A DNA stretch of 64,000 bases from a virus (IMGVR_UViG_3300012928_003129:1-64000), one strand, 5' to 3'; shown: positions 20,001 through 28,890, numbered from the stretch's first letter. Numbers and translations: made by a program. The notes: generated by a model from the letters alone, not told the origin.

Positions 20001-20236
20001 CTTCAATAGAAAAATCAATAATTGACTACTACGCAGAATTGGACAATCCAGAAGATCAAGAAATGTTTTATGACTATTTGATTGCTAACTTAAAATTGTA
20101 TTTTGATAAATGGGACGGCGAGATGTCAAAGGCGGTCGATGAGCCAACAAATAGCGTCTACAAGCAAGCGGCTATGACCGCGGCAAATGCCCAAGGTCCA
20201 GATCCAATCAGCGGTGATGAGCCTGTTGAGCTTTAA
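17012..20236 (+). CDS. Fusion of ATP-dependent RNA-ligase-like domain, HIGH nucleotidyltransferase and acidic C-terminal module
   Basis: EKTDG (motif I), FNTEIM, EGFV..FK; FPGSFKPPHRGH and HASDMR. Confidence 0.7.
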   Translation: MDNKLLLEGGVGGHMNHPYDIDDLTFGDLKDMLRAAANGELQGSEKTDGQNLYITFDVESQKAKAIRNQTQIKAGGLTPEQLDDFFSSHPAQALRYSFVEALSTFENFAIELTRETQLEIFGPDGAIYFNTEIMNPGTPGFDKDDPRGMGTKNVIPYDKKTILVHPSGHKEFERETAKDLETNLISNYRTLKSALEGKQVEDPGIFSIETHPLRKLHPKGLEKANNLLPRTISQIDNIVKDASATDDTPIVRYVIDQVKADINTATPGLSEERLEDLATKFLKLCKRTDGEPGYLRCGDKKNKKFIKPNENIRNLIAGLSGDELQGIKSFASSFSEGRYRRPLAMALADFTNAILDGFDSSFISDNEKQLNSLKGELSKVVKQIAKSDNEAAKDGLRIELEKLKNIDNINTPSEGFVFDFKGEEFKFTGAFSPMNQILGMPKFKRYGEIAPMETIAVFPGSFKPPHRGHLEVVKAISQNADKTLVIVSRPTQNQRTLPLSGKIIGSTEAINLMRAMLEGTGLEDKVEVLSGADASPMMTTIKYVTFPADEENPLVAPENAEIILGVGEKGDDAKRYSGLPEKVREKRPDLDLETTPTPAVSHDKQYLSLLQSEQYSDILEKMPSKSSGAGIQLFHASDMRFLMDLAAQDLRAVNLLADFVGGIEKVPSVLDAVGIVPATQSSPEEDQVEEPELEGPPEDEVNADDLAEIVYEETMKVFEAFKSQKAPKARPSKGKFQRRMRKRLSKAHRTYLDMGRKDLTKHGGGFRKNRKKDISNAFLAEDEIEELSSVASGAIQMAPAVKRDYNATRNDKKMNKKEQILRKKIRISLQEFFNTKSKEHETTVAKILEEHELRMQLREIILEQTLNEAEDPTTDVHDNTGINTLKDLMKNTNVLATLRTVYKTLTTDENQKKSFRAHIIKWTQDTLAPVKLNDTDAEAVNEQVGVDIEGVNDDMFIDASDGSEKDNPDVPEEENEKMQAISGEDTTGRNKAERVYPSIEKSIIDYYAELDNPEDQEMFYDYLIANLKLYFDKWDGEMSKAVDEPTNSVYKQAAMTAANAQGPDPISGDEPVEL

Positions 20237-20280
20237 TAAAATACTTGAATATTCTTTAACCGTATGTTACCCTGGGTAGG

Positions 20281-20682
20281 ATGGTTGGCAAAACAGCGAT
20301 AAAAGATAATTCTTTAAAAGAAACTAAATTCTTTTCAGATAATAAAAACTATAATTTAAAAAATAAATTATTAAAAGAAAAGAAAATAGATATTAAATTT
20401 TTAGAACAATTATCTTTCATAACTTTAGAAGAATTAATTACATTAAAATTATTAGTTAGTACTGAAGGACTTAAAGGAAAATTATATAATTTTCCTTTTT
20501 TCAAGTATACTTCTGATATATGTAAAGAAGCTGTTGTGCGATTTGCTCTATCAAAAGCCTCAAATAGAAAAGAAGTTTCTTTAATACTTGGAACAAAAAA
20601 AGCTGATATAGTAAAATATATTAGAGAGTATAATTTACTGGAGGATTACAATTATGATAGTAGAACAAAAAAGAGTAAATAA
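20281..20682 (+). CDS. Putative Fis-like HTH protein
   Basis: C-terminal EAVVRFAL..NRKEVSLILG..KYIREYNL resembles HTH_8. Confidence 0.5.
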   Translation: MVGKTAIKDNSLKETKFFSDNKNYNLKNKLLKEKKIDIKFLEQLSFITLEELITLKLLVSTEGLKGKLYNFPFFKYTSDICKEAVVRFALSKASNRKEVSLILGTKKADIVKYIREYNLLEDYNYDSRTKKSK

Positions 20683-21010
20683 ACCATGGGGCTATGAAAT
20701 TATCTGGTCTCAATGTGAAAAGTTTGTGGGAAAAATTTTAACAATAAACTCAGGCCATAAACTTTCTAGGCAATATCACAAACAAAAAGAAGAAACTATA
20801 TTCGTTTTAACTGGAACTTTATTGCTGGAAGTTGGTATGGGTGAAAAGTTAGAAAAAATAGAACTTAGAAATGGTCAGTCTTTTCACGTCACACCCGGAA
20901 CAGTACATCGATTCTGCGCACCATATGGAGATGTAGAATTGGCAGAAGTCAGTACACCAGAATTAGATGATGTTGTTAGACTTGAAGACGATTATAACAG
21001 AGGCAACTAA
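20654..21010 (+). CDS. Cupin (mannose-6-phosphate isomerase type II C-terminal-like)
   Basis: KPWGYE, LSRQYH..KEE, PGTVHR, DVVRLEDDY. Confidence 0.85.
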   Translation: MIVEQKRVNKPWGYEIIWSQCEKFVGKILTINSGHKLSRQYHKQKEETIFVLTGTLLLEVGMGEKLEKIELRNGQSFHVTPGTVHRFCAPYGDVELAEVSTPELDDVVRLEDDYNRGN

Positions 21011-21036
21011 TTAGTTTTAACCGCGGAGGAAAATAA

Positions 21037-21441
21037 ATGAAACTTATAATGGAAAATTGGAAAAGGTTCATAAAAGAAGTCAAAGTCCCACAAGGTAAGG
21101 ACAGAGAATATTATATAGAAGACCCAAACTTATCTCTAACTGTAGAAACCAGCGATGGAAAGCAACATGTAATCAAAGCCTTAGAGATAGAAACAGGATG
21201 GTATGGAGACACCTCTCAGGGAGCCTTCAAATATTCGATAAATAACGAAGAATACACTTGGGAACTCACTTCAGGATGGTATCCTGACGGTGCGGCCTGG
21301 AGAATACTAGAACATCTGGGAGAGGACGGTTCTGAAAATAATTCTGATGAACCAACTGAAATAGAAGAGACCATAGAAAGATTTATAGAATCTCAAGTAA
21401 AAAGAAACCCCAATTACGAATTTGATGATGAATGGTACTAG
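21037..21441 (+). CDS. Hypothetical protein with MKLIMENW leader
   Basis: Motif at 21006 and SD GGAGG. Confidence 0.75.
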   Translation: MKLIMENWKRFIKEVKVPQGKDREYYIEDPNLSLTVETSDGKQHVIKALEIETGWYGDTSQGAFKYSINNEEYTWELTSGWYPDGAAWRILEHLGEDGSENNSDEPTEIEETIERFIESQVKRNPNYEFDDEWY

Positions 21442-21473
21442 ATTAAAACTAATTAAGATAGGAGGATATTACT

Positions 21474-21542
21474 ATGAGTGATACAAAGAAATGTAAATGC
21501 TGTGAATGTTGTACATGCGACTGTGATAAATGCACTGAATAG
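21474..21542 (+). CDS. 22-aa metallothionein-like peptide MSDTKKCKCCECCTCDCDKCTE
   Basis: Not in the ORF track. SD AGGAGG, ACTAATTA motif at 21448, 8 Cys. Confidence 0.75.
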   Translation: MSDTKKCKCCECCTCDCDKCTE

Positions 21543-21553
21543 GGAGATAAACA

Positions 21554-22068
21554 ATGCCAAAATTTTATAGACAAAATAAAAAGAGAATTGACCCTCGTTA
21601 CTTTTTAAACGAGACAACAAATAGAGATGAAAATATCAATGAGATTGATTTAGATTACGCATCCGACTTGGAATATCAATACAACCAAGCAAAGGAATAT
21701 GAAAAGAAGACTGAACAAGGATATACGGATAAACAAAAAGAGGACATGGAAACCTCTTTAGAGTTTAAAGTAATGCAACCAGAACGTGATGAAGTTTTAT
21801 CTCAAGATGACCAGATCAAATTTGCAGATGTTATGAATGCATCCATGAATGGTGATCTTAGCCCTGAGCAAATTAAGGAATTGATTCTTGCCACCGACGA
21901 CGACAACCTCGACAACCTGAAGAAAGTTGTAAGCAAAATCGCTGGAAGTGGACAACAAGGGACCGGTGCTGGTATCGACTTATCTAAGGTCGACCGAGAT
22001 CGCGACGGTAAAATATCTGCTGACCAATTAGCAAATATTGCAAACGCTATAAAAAAGAATCAAGCTTA

Positions 22069-22069
<1 letters not shown>
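21554..22069 (+). CDS. Hypothetical protein with C-terminal EF-hand-like loop
   Basis: DRDRDGKISADQL; leader RIDPRYFLNE. Confidence 0.65.
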
Positions 22070-22376
<307 letters not shown>

Positions 22377-22444
22377 CCAAAATTCACACAATTGACACAC
22401 AGTTTCCTGTAAGATAGGGTATACTTATCTGAAAAAGGAACAAT

Positions 22445-23380
22445 ATGTTAGAAACAATCTTGCCCATGCTCGGTATCTTCTTTGCCGGAGCAGCAGTAAT
22501 AAACAACGATGCAGTTCAAACTCTTGGAACTTTTATGTCATCAAATAGAAAGGTGGCTTGGTGGAAACTTTGGGCCGCTGCATCAACTATCTTGGTCGGA
22601 ACCATAACTTGGGGCTGGATCCAGAATAATGGTGATCTATCTTTTGGCCGTCTCACGGATATACCTTATGCTCCAATACAGTGGTATCACGTTCTAGCAC
22701 CCGCAACATTGTTGGTACTTACAAGAGTTGGGGTTCCAGTGTCCACAACCTTTTTGGTGCTTTCTGTATTCAGTACTGGAGTTGTATTTGAAAAAATGCT
22801 TGTCAAGAGTATGTTGGGTTATGCTGTGGCCGCTTGTGTGGCATATGGCTTTTGGCTGGCTTTAGCAAACTTTATGGACGAGAAAAAGAAAGTTCCAAAA
22901 TACCAAAAGAAATATTGGCAGACAGCACAATGGTTTACAACTGGTTTTCTTTGGTTTACTTGGTTAACTCACGACATTGCAAATATTGCAGTCTTCTTGC
23001 CTAGGCAAGTAGGTTGGGAAACATTGGCTTGCGTCTTGGTATTCTTATCTACAGTCTTGGCCTATATGTTCAAATCGGGCGGAGGAAGGATACAAGAAAT
23101 AGTTTCAAAGAAATCCTCCACATCCTATGTGAGATCTGCCACTATTATCGACTTTGTGTATGCTATCATTCTCATAGTGTTTAAAGAATGGTCAAATGTG
23201 CCAATGTCTACCACTTGGGTATTTGTTGGCTTGTTGTGTGGTCGAGAACTGGCTATTGCAACTTGGTATAACAGAAAAATTAAAAGAGTTTTCCCAATAG
23301 TTGCAAAAGATTTTTTAAAAGTAATGATGGGCCTTGCTGTGTCTGTAGTGATGGTTTTATTGGTCCAAGCAATTAAATAA
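22445..23380 (+). CDS. PiT/PHO4-like inorganic phosphate (or sulfate) transporter
   Basis: Multi-TM with duplicated motifs NDAVQ..PVSTT and HDIAN..PMSTT; TTGACA at 22392 upstream. Confidence 0.7.
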   Translation: MLETILPMLGIFFAGAAVINNDAVQTLGTFMSSNRKVAWWKLWAAASTILVGTITWGWIQNNGDLSFGRLTDIPYAPIQWYHVLAPATLLVLTRVGVPVSTTFLVLSVFSTGVVFEKMLVKSMLGYAVAACVAYGFWLALANFMDEKKKVPKYQKKYWQTAQWFTTGFLWFTWLTHDIANIAVFLPRQVGWETLACVLVFLSTVLAYMFKSGGGRIQEIVSKKSSTSYVRSATIIDFVYAIILIVFKEWSNVPMSTTWVFVGLLCGRELAIATWYNRKIKRVFPIVAKDFLKVMMGLAVSVVMVLLVQAIK

Positions 23381-23393
23381 TACTATTTATTAT

Positions 23394-24254
23394 ATGAAGC
23401 TTATCAAGCCAATCGTTGGCGAAACTCCCCTTATAAAAATCTCAAGTAAAATTTATGCAAAATTGGAGACCTACAATCCTGCCGGATCTGTAAAGGACAG
23501 AATGATAACATATGTTGTCGACAGAGCACGAATGTTTGGAAAGATAAATGACAACTCAGTACTTTGCGATGCAACAAGTGGTAATACAGGTATAGCCCTC
23601 TCCATGACAGCAGCATCTATGGGTTTGCCTTGTTTGATATTTATGCCAGGAAATATGTCGGAAGAACGTAAACAAATGATGAAAATGTATGGAGCTAAAA
23701 TAATTGAAGCTCCGGACGATGATTTTGTAGGAGCAATCGCCATGCGTGATCAATACTTGAAAGCAAATGAAAATGCTTGGTCTCCAATGCAATTTAGCAA
23801 TCAAGAGAATGTACATTGCCACCAACACCAGACAGCGCCAGAAATACACAAGCAGGTTATACAAAGAAAATATCTTTGGTCAGCTTTCATCCATGGCGCC
23901 GGCACGGGAGGTACTATGGAAGGTATACGAAGATACAAAGAAATACAAAACTTAAAAACAAAACTTTGTCTTGTTCAGCCAGTTGAATCACCTCATGGAA
24001 TACAAGGTATAGCAGATGGTAAAGATTTTTTATTTAACTCTGAAGATGCAGATAAAATTATTCCAATTAAAACAGAAGACGCAATAAATAGGGCAAAGCA
24101 GTTTGCTCGTGAAACAGGTATACTAGTAGGCATTTCATCGGGCGCTAATATATTAGCATCGGAGAGATATGTCCAAAATAGACTAATGTCTGGAATAGTG
24201 GTAACAATGCTCTGCGATAGAGGTGAACGTTATATGTCTATTTATGGTAAATAA
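23394..24254 (+). CDS. cysK: Cysteine synthase (CysK/CysM family)
   Basis: NPAGSVKDR (PLP Lys), TSGNTG, GAGTGGT, GISSGA, DRGERY. Confidence 0.92.
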   Translation: MKLIKPIVGETPLIKISSKIYAKLETYNPAGSVKDRMITYVVDRARMFGKINDNSVLCDATSGNTGIALSMTAASMGLPCLIFMPGNMSEERKQMMKMYGAKIIEAPDDDFVGAIAMRDQYLKANENAWSPMQFSNQENVHCHQHQTAPEIHKQVIQRKYLWSAFIHGAGTGGTMEGIRRYKEIQNLKTKLCLVQPVESPHGIQGIADGKDFLFNSEDADKIIPIKTEDAINRAKQFARETGILVGISSGANILASERYVQNRLMSGIVVTMLCDRGERYMSIYGK

Positions 24255-24267
24255 CACTATTTAATAC

Positions 24268-24837
24268 ATGGACAAGAAAACATTAATACAAATTATCAAA
24301 GAAGAAGTTGAAAAGCTGCTCTCTGAGAAGAAAAAAGAAAAGAAACATGCCATGTATAATCCTAAAACAGGTAAGAAGGAAATGGCAGATGGTGAAAAGC
24401 ATAAGAAATTAGCAAAGAAAGGCTATGTTCACTTTGATCCAAAAAAGGTCATAGCGGCCACTGATAAGGAAGGCGGCGCCGCCGGCCTTGACGCAATAGT
24501 AAAACACACCAATGCTGATAAAGAAGAATTAAAAAAAAATATCACAAAAGTAAAAGGTATAGTAAAACATACTAAAGGTGATTATATCACAACAAGTACT
24601 GGCCGAAAAGTTGCTGAAGAAATAATAAAACAAGAAATTGAAGCCGTTCTTGATGAGAAACGAAAAAAACGTAAAAAGAAAAAAAAGAAAAAGAAATCTT
24701 CCGGGAAAAAAGATGCCTGCTACTACAAAGTAAAAAGCAGATATAAAATATGGCCCTCAGCTTATGCGTCCGGTGCATTAGTGCGTTGTCGCAAGGTCGG
24801 AGCAAAAAACTGGGGCAACAAGAGCAAAAAGAAATGA
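24268..24837 (+). CDS. Basic late protein with IIKEE leader
   Basis: MDKKTLIQIIKEE; poly-Lys; KDACYYKVK..WPSAYASGALVRCRK. Confidence 0.75.
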   Translation: MDKKTLIQIIKEEVEKLLSEKKKEKKHAMYNPKTGKKEMADGEKHKKLAKKGYVHFDPKKVIAATDKEGGAAGLDAIVKHTNADKEELKKNITKVKGIVKHTKGDYITTSTGRKVAEEIIKQEIEAVLDEKRKKRKKKKKKKKSSGKKDACYYKVKSRYKIWPSAYASGALVRCRKVGAKNWGNKSKKK

Positions 24838-25319
24838 AAAAACAAGAACTTATTGACATTATAAAAGAAGAGATTGAGATTATCTTATTGGAAAGGTGTC
24901 AAAAAGGTTACAAAACTCATCCAAAAAGAAAAACCAAAAAAATGTATGGAAAGACATACAGAAATTGTATAAAAGCTGAAGAAGCAAATGAGGAACCAGA
25001 TACAGACGAGGTTTTAGGCGAAAAGAAAAGTAAACGAGATGGAAAAGGATCCCGTAGCAAAGGTTATTCTCTTAGAGATTGGTTTAAAGGTGGTGGATGG
25101 GTCCAGACAGGTGGAAAGTACGACGGAAAACCTTGTGCAAAACAACCTGGACAAAAATCAAAACCATATTGCAGAGACCCTGATGATAGAGCTAAATTAA
25201 GCAAATCAGAGAGAGAAAAAAGAGTTAAAAAGAAAAGAAGAGAGGATGGAGATTCAAATAGACGTGGTCCCGCTAAGAACGTAAGTCAAAAACGTAAAAA
25301 AAGGAAGAGTAAAAAATAA
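24834..25319 (+). CDS. Basic late protein with IIKEE leader
   Basis: Start reassigned to the ATGA overlap (MKKQELIDIIKEE); SLRDWF..GWV..KPC. Confidence 0.75.
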   Translation: MKKQELIDIIKEEIEIILLERCQKGYKTHPKRKTKKMYGKTYRNCIKAEEANEEPDTDEVLGEKKSKRDGKGSRSKGYSLRDWFKGGGWVQTGGKYDGKPCAKQPGQKSKPYCRDPDDRAKLSKSEREKRVKKKRREDGDSNRRGPAKNVSQKRKKRKSKK

Positions 25320-26086
25320 TGAAAAAAATAAATATTAATATAACAGAAGGAGGTTGCGATCCTTGCAATGCTGCAGCGCCACTCCCAGAAGATCCAAAGA
25401 ACTATAAAAATGTACATAATGGCGAGGAGGCCAGAATGCACAGAACAACGCTTGCTCATCTTATGGCTGATGTAAAAGTTCTATTAGATTTGATAGATGA
25501 TGAAGATGATCTACCAGAGTGGCTAGAAACTAAGATTACTAAGGCAGGAGATTATATGTCATCCGCGGCACGATACATTGCCGGCAACGAAGCTAGAGAC
25601 CACGGACAACTTGAAGAAAAGAAAAATTGCGGATGCGACCAAGACCCTTGCATAACTTACGGAAAACAACAAATAAGTGAAGAGGTTATAGAAGAAGATG
25701 TTTGCAGCATCAATGATTATTTTAATCTTTATGAAGCACTTCAGGACGCTGTAGATGAAAATGGAAATACGCCTTGTCCACAATGTTTGTATGAAACACT
25801 AGTGGAGAATGACTCAGCACCAGTCGAAATGTTGGAAGAGGCTAAATATAAGGGAAAGAAAGTTAAGCTCGGAAAACCTCGCCGCGGCGGCTCTAAAAAG
25901 TTTTATGTTTACGTAAAGGGTTGCGCAAAAGATAAATCCCGTGTAACAAAAGTAAGCTTTGGAGATCCAAATATGAAAATAAAAAAGTCTAACCCGAAAC
26001 GAAGAAAGTCTTTCAGAGCGAGACACAAATGCGCAACAGCAAAAGACAGGTGCACTGCAAGATATTGGTCATGCAGAAAGTGGTAA
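25319..26086 (+). CDS. Late protein with basic C-terminal domain
   Basis: LPEWLETKITKA; KKFYVYV..SFGDPNM..SFRARHKC..RYWSCRKW. Confidence 0.75.
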   Translation: MKKININITEGGCDPCNAAAPLPEDPKNYKNVHNGEEARMHRTTLAHLMADVKVLLDLIDDEDDLPEWLETKITKAGDYMSSAARYIAGNEARDHGQLEEKKNCGCDQDPCITYGKQQISEEVIEEDVCSINDYFNLYEALQDAVDENGNTPCPQCLYETLVENDSAPVEMLEEAKYKGKKVKLGKPRRGGSKKFYVYVKGCAKDKSRVTKVSFGDPNMKIKKSNPKRRKSFRARHKCATAKDRCTARYWSCRKW

Positions 26087-26091
26087 AATAC

Positions 26092-26120
26092 TTGACATAA
26101 ATAAAATAATATGATATAAA
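26092..26120 (+). promoter_or_regulatory. Sigma70-like promoter for tilS
   Basis: TTGACA-17 bp-TATAAA with extended TG. Confidence 0.65.
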
Positions 26121-26126
26121 TAATTT

Positions 26127-26729
26127 ATGATTAGAATTATTGGTAAAATACCGCCAACTATAACTGTAGCTTGCTCTGGCGGCATAGATTCTATGGCATT
26201 TGTGCATTTTCTTTTACAAGGGAGAAGAAAACTTAATTTAGCATATTTTAATCATGACACTCAGCATTCTCACAAAGCACAAAAGTTTGTAGAAAATTTT
26301 GCTTCCGATAACAACTTAAGTCTATTTATTGGTAGAGTGAAAGGTCGTAAGGGTAAGCGATCATTGGAAGAATTTTGGAGAGACGAAAGATATGATTTCT
26401 TGCAGCGCACTGGCAGCGACTATACTATTACTTGTCATCATCTCGACGATTGCGTAGAAACTTGGCTAATGTCTAGTTTTCATGGCCAAAGCAAGTTAAT
26501 ACCATTTCAAAGAAATAAAAATATTTTTAGACCATTTCTTATGACATCAAAAAAAACAATAAAAGATTACGCAGACAGAAAAGGAGTGACCTGGATAGAA
26601 GATCCAACAAATCAGAAAACAAATTTCATGAGAAATCACGTTCGCAACAACGTTATGCCACAGGTTCTAAAAGTAAATCCAGGAATTAGAAGTACTATAA
26701 GAAAAAAATTAATTGAAACATACCTTTAA
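26127..26729 (+). CDS. tilS: tRNA(Ile)-lysidine synthetase, catalytic domain only (200 aa)
   Basis: SGGIDS PP-loop, FNH, RDERY, HHLDD..ET, RPFL, EDPTN, RNHVR. Confidence 0.9.
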   Translation: MIRIIGKIPPTITVACSGGIDSMAFVHFLLQGRRKLNLAYFNHDTQHSHKAQKFVENFASDNNLSLFIGRVKGRKGKRSLEEFWRDERYDFLQRTGSDYTITCHHLDDCVETWLMSSFHGQSKLIPFQRNKNIFRPFLMTSKKTIKDYADRKGVTWIEDPTNQKTNFMRNHVRNNVMPQVLKVNPGIRSTIRKKLIETYL

Positions 26730-26752
26730 CGTATGGTATAAAATAAATGTAA

Positions 26753-26826
26753 GGGCCTATAGCTCAATTGGTTAGAGCTACGGTCTCATAAACCGTCGGT
26801 TCCTGGTTCAAGTCCAGGTGGGCCCA
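26753..26826 (+). tRNA. tRNA with CAT anticodon, most likely tRNA-Ile2; CCA not encoded
   Basis: Cloverleaf with GGGCCTA/TGGGCCC and ACGGT-CTCATAA-ACCGT; C4-G69 and C5-G68; lacks initiator features; adjacent to tilS. Confidence 0.92.
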
Positions 26827-26848
26827 CTTAATCTTAAAAGGAGAAAAA

Positions 26849-27025
26849 ATGATTACTGAAAAATTAAAAGAAATTTTAGAAGAACTAGCAACAGCAGAAG
26901 AGGACGCAGAAAAGTGTGAACAAGGTAACGCTTCTGCGGGCCGCCGGGTTCGCAAGGCTTCGATGAACGCAATTAAGGAACTAAAAGAACTTAGAGCAGC
27001 GGTTCTTGAGCACATTAAGGGGTAG
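26849..27025 (+). CDS. Hc1/histone H1-like small nucleoid protein (58 aa)
   Basis: Not in the ORF track. SD AAGGAG; EEDAEK..GNASAGRRVRKASM..KELR. Confidence 0.8.
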   Translation: MITEKLKEILEELATAEEDAEKCEQGNASAGRRVRKASMNAIKELKELRAAVLEHIKG

Positions 27026-27026
27026 C

Positions 27027-27665
27027 ATGAGAGATTATTTTTGGGGCTCTAAAGAAGAGCAAGAAGAAGGTTCGCCATCAACGATCCATGAGGCAGCTAG
27101 TGAATCAAAGGCGCATGCTTCTACGGATAATAATGTTGTAGAATTTAGTCATAACAGGATCTATTTTTATTCCGGGGTTACTCGGCCGAAAGTGTTGCAA
27201 CTTAACAAAGGTATTTTCAACCTAAATGTAAATATGTTGTCAAAAACAGGCCCCCTAGAATATAATCCTCCGCCAATTAAGTTGCACATTAACAGTTATG
27301 GAGGATCAGTCTTCGCAGGCTTATCGGCAGTAGATTATATTAAAAATTCTAAAATACCAGTACATAGTATTATTGATGGCTGTGCAGCTTCAGCCGCAAC
27401 TTTAATGTCTTGCGTTGCAGAGAGAAGGTTCATGCATAAAAACGCCTGTATGTTAGTGCATCAATTATCTGGCATGATGTGGGGAAAATTTCAAGAAATG
27501 CAAGATGATATGGAAAATTCTGAGATGCTAATGGAAAAGATAAAGAATATTTATAGAGAACACACTAAGATTCCCAAAAAAGAGATGGACAATATCTTAA
27601 AACATGATCTTTGGTGGGAGGCTGAAAAGTGTTTAGAATATGGACTAGTAGATGAGTTAATTTAA
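27027..27665 (+). CDS. clpP: ClpP-like protease
   Basis: INSYGGSV, AASAA (Ser), HQLS (His), HDLW (Asp), YGLVD. Confidence 0.85.
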   Translation: MRDYFWGSKEEQEEGSPSTIHEAASESKAHASTDNNVVEFSHNRIYFYSGVTRPKVLQLNKGIFNLNVNMLSKTGPLEYNPPPIKLHINSYGGSVFAGLSAVDYIKNSKIPVHSIIDGCAASAATLMSCVAERRFMHKNACMLVHQLSGMMWGKFQEMQDDMENSEMLMEKIKNIYREHTKIPKKEMDNILKHDLWWEAEKCLEYGLVDELI

Positions 27666-27667
27666 CA

Positions 27668-27982
27668 ATGCCTAAAAATACTAAAACAGAAGTGGAAACT
27701 AGAGATATTACTCTAGAGGAGTCTCATGAGATTCTTGTAAAACATATACAGGGGAAAGAGCAACTACTCCAGTTTAAGAACCACAGAAAATATACAAAAT
27801 TAAATAATACATTCAGATTTACGGTAAGTATTATATCTTTAGACTTTCTTATAACGTTGATGGAAGATGAAAATATAGCGAATGTATACTTCAATCCAGC
27901 CATTCCGCCCCCCGGAACAGGTATGGATGGTGTCTCTTTGAGATACAAAATTTATGTAGAATATTATAAGAAGGAGGTTTAA
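27668..27982 (+). CDS. Hypothetical protein
   Basis: ORF in operon context. Confidence 0.65.
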   Translation: MPKNTKTEVETRDITLEESHEILVKHIQGKEQLLQFKNHRKYTKLNNTFRFTVSIISLDFLITLMEDENIANVYFNPAIPPPGTGMDGVSLRYKIYVEYYKKEV

Positions 27983-27983
27983 A

Positions 27984-28160
27984 ATGCAATCAATTAGAAC
28001 AATACAAAACAGATTACACAAATTAAAGGTAGAAATTATGGAAATAGAAGAATCAATTGAGAGAGCAGAGAAAAATAACAAGCCTCATTTTGCTAATAGG
28101 TTAAGATTGATGATTCAAAGAAAATTGGAGAAGATTAGTTCTTTATCGGAGGAAGGTTAA
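27984..28160 (+). CDS. 58-aa coiled-coil hypothetical protein
   Basis: Not in the ORF track. Perfect SD AAGGAGGT, though close to the ATG; MQSIRTIQNRLHKLK... Confidence 0.6.
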   Translation: MQSIRTIQNRLHKLKVEIMEIEESIERAEKNNKPHFANRLRLMIQRKLEKISSLSEEG

Positions 28161-28890
28161 TAATATTTTTACCTTGATACATTTTTTTAACCTTCCATAA
28201 AAATATAGCAGAAGCATCCCAATTGGTCATAATAGAAACATGATGAAAGTTATGAGCAGCCCATAGTACCCCAACAACTTTGTTATTCATATCCATAACT
28301 GCAGACCCAGATGAGCCCCCTGTAGCAGGGATCGATACTAGTGCGTTAGAAGCATCCATCTGCCCACTGTACAGGCCTGTCAACAAAGGAACAACAGGAG
28401 GGTAATATATGCCCTCAGGCGCACCCATATAGTATAGCTCTTGACCCACCCTTGGTCGAAACATTGAAAAATCGACTCCTTTAGATTTTAAAGTCGGCAC
28501 CCATAAAGCACACATGTCAACTTCGCCTTTTGAATTATCTTGAGTAGATAATATTATGTGAGCTTGGTGTTTGACGCTTTTATGATCTTGTACGGTAACT
28601 CTTTCCCTATAAGATGATATTTTCAATTCATCAACCGCAGAAGAGCAAACGTGTCCGGCTGTGATCACTACAGTTTGGTTTTCTATAACATTCATAATTA
28701 TGCCACTGCCCAATGATTGGTATTCGCCTCGGGGACATCTATTTTTAAATGGTTTGGTGCATTCTAATATTTCTATATCATGATAAACTTTAACAAAACT
28801 CTCTAAAGGAGGGTCAACTTTTTTCTGTAAATTTATAGTTGTGCAACTAAAAAATAAAAAAGATAATAAAAATAGGAGTTTCTTGTGCAT
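28135..28890 (-). CDS. Trypsin-like serine protease, lipoprotein
   Basis: Lipobox FFSC; TAGHV (His), VDMC (Asp), GGSSGS (Ser). Confidence 0.85.
   Translation of the reverse strand: MHKKLLFLLSFLFFSCTTINLQKKVDPPLESFVKVYHDIEILECTKPFKNRCPRGEYQSLGSGIIMNVIENQTVVITAGHVCSSAVDELKISSYRERVTVQDHKSVKHQAHIILSTQDNSKGEVDMCALWVPTLKSKGVDFSMFRPRVGQELYYMGAPEGIYYPPVVPLLTGLYSGQMDASNALVSIPATGGSSGSAVMDMNNKVVGVLWAAHNFHHVSIMTNWDASAIFLWKVKKMYQGKNIINLPPIKN

Noticed and set aside
26753-26826. Initiator or elongator tRNA-Met
   Set aside because: G1-C72 is paired and the anticodon stem lacks three G-C pairs. The acceptor stem and tilS adjacency favour Ile2.
27006-27026. ORF-track starts at 27006, 24750, 32449, 43659 and 1232
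   Set aside because: They overlap upstream genes or lack an SD. Downstream ATGs with coupling or SD (27027, 24834, 32488, 43803, 1280) fit better.
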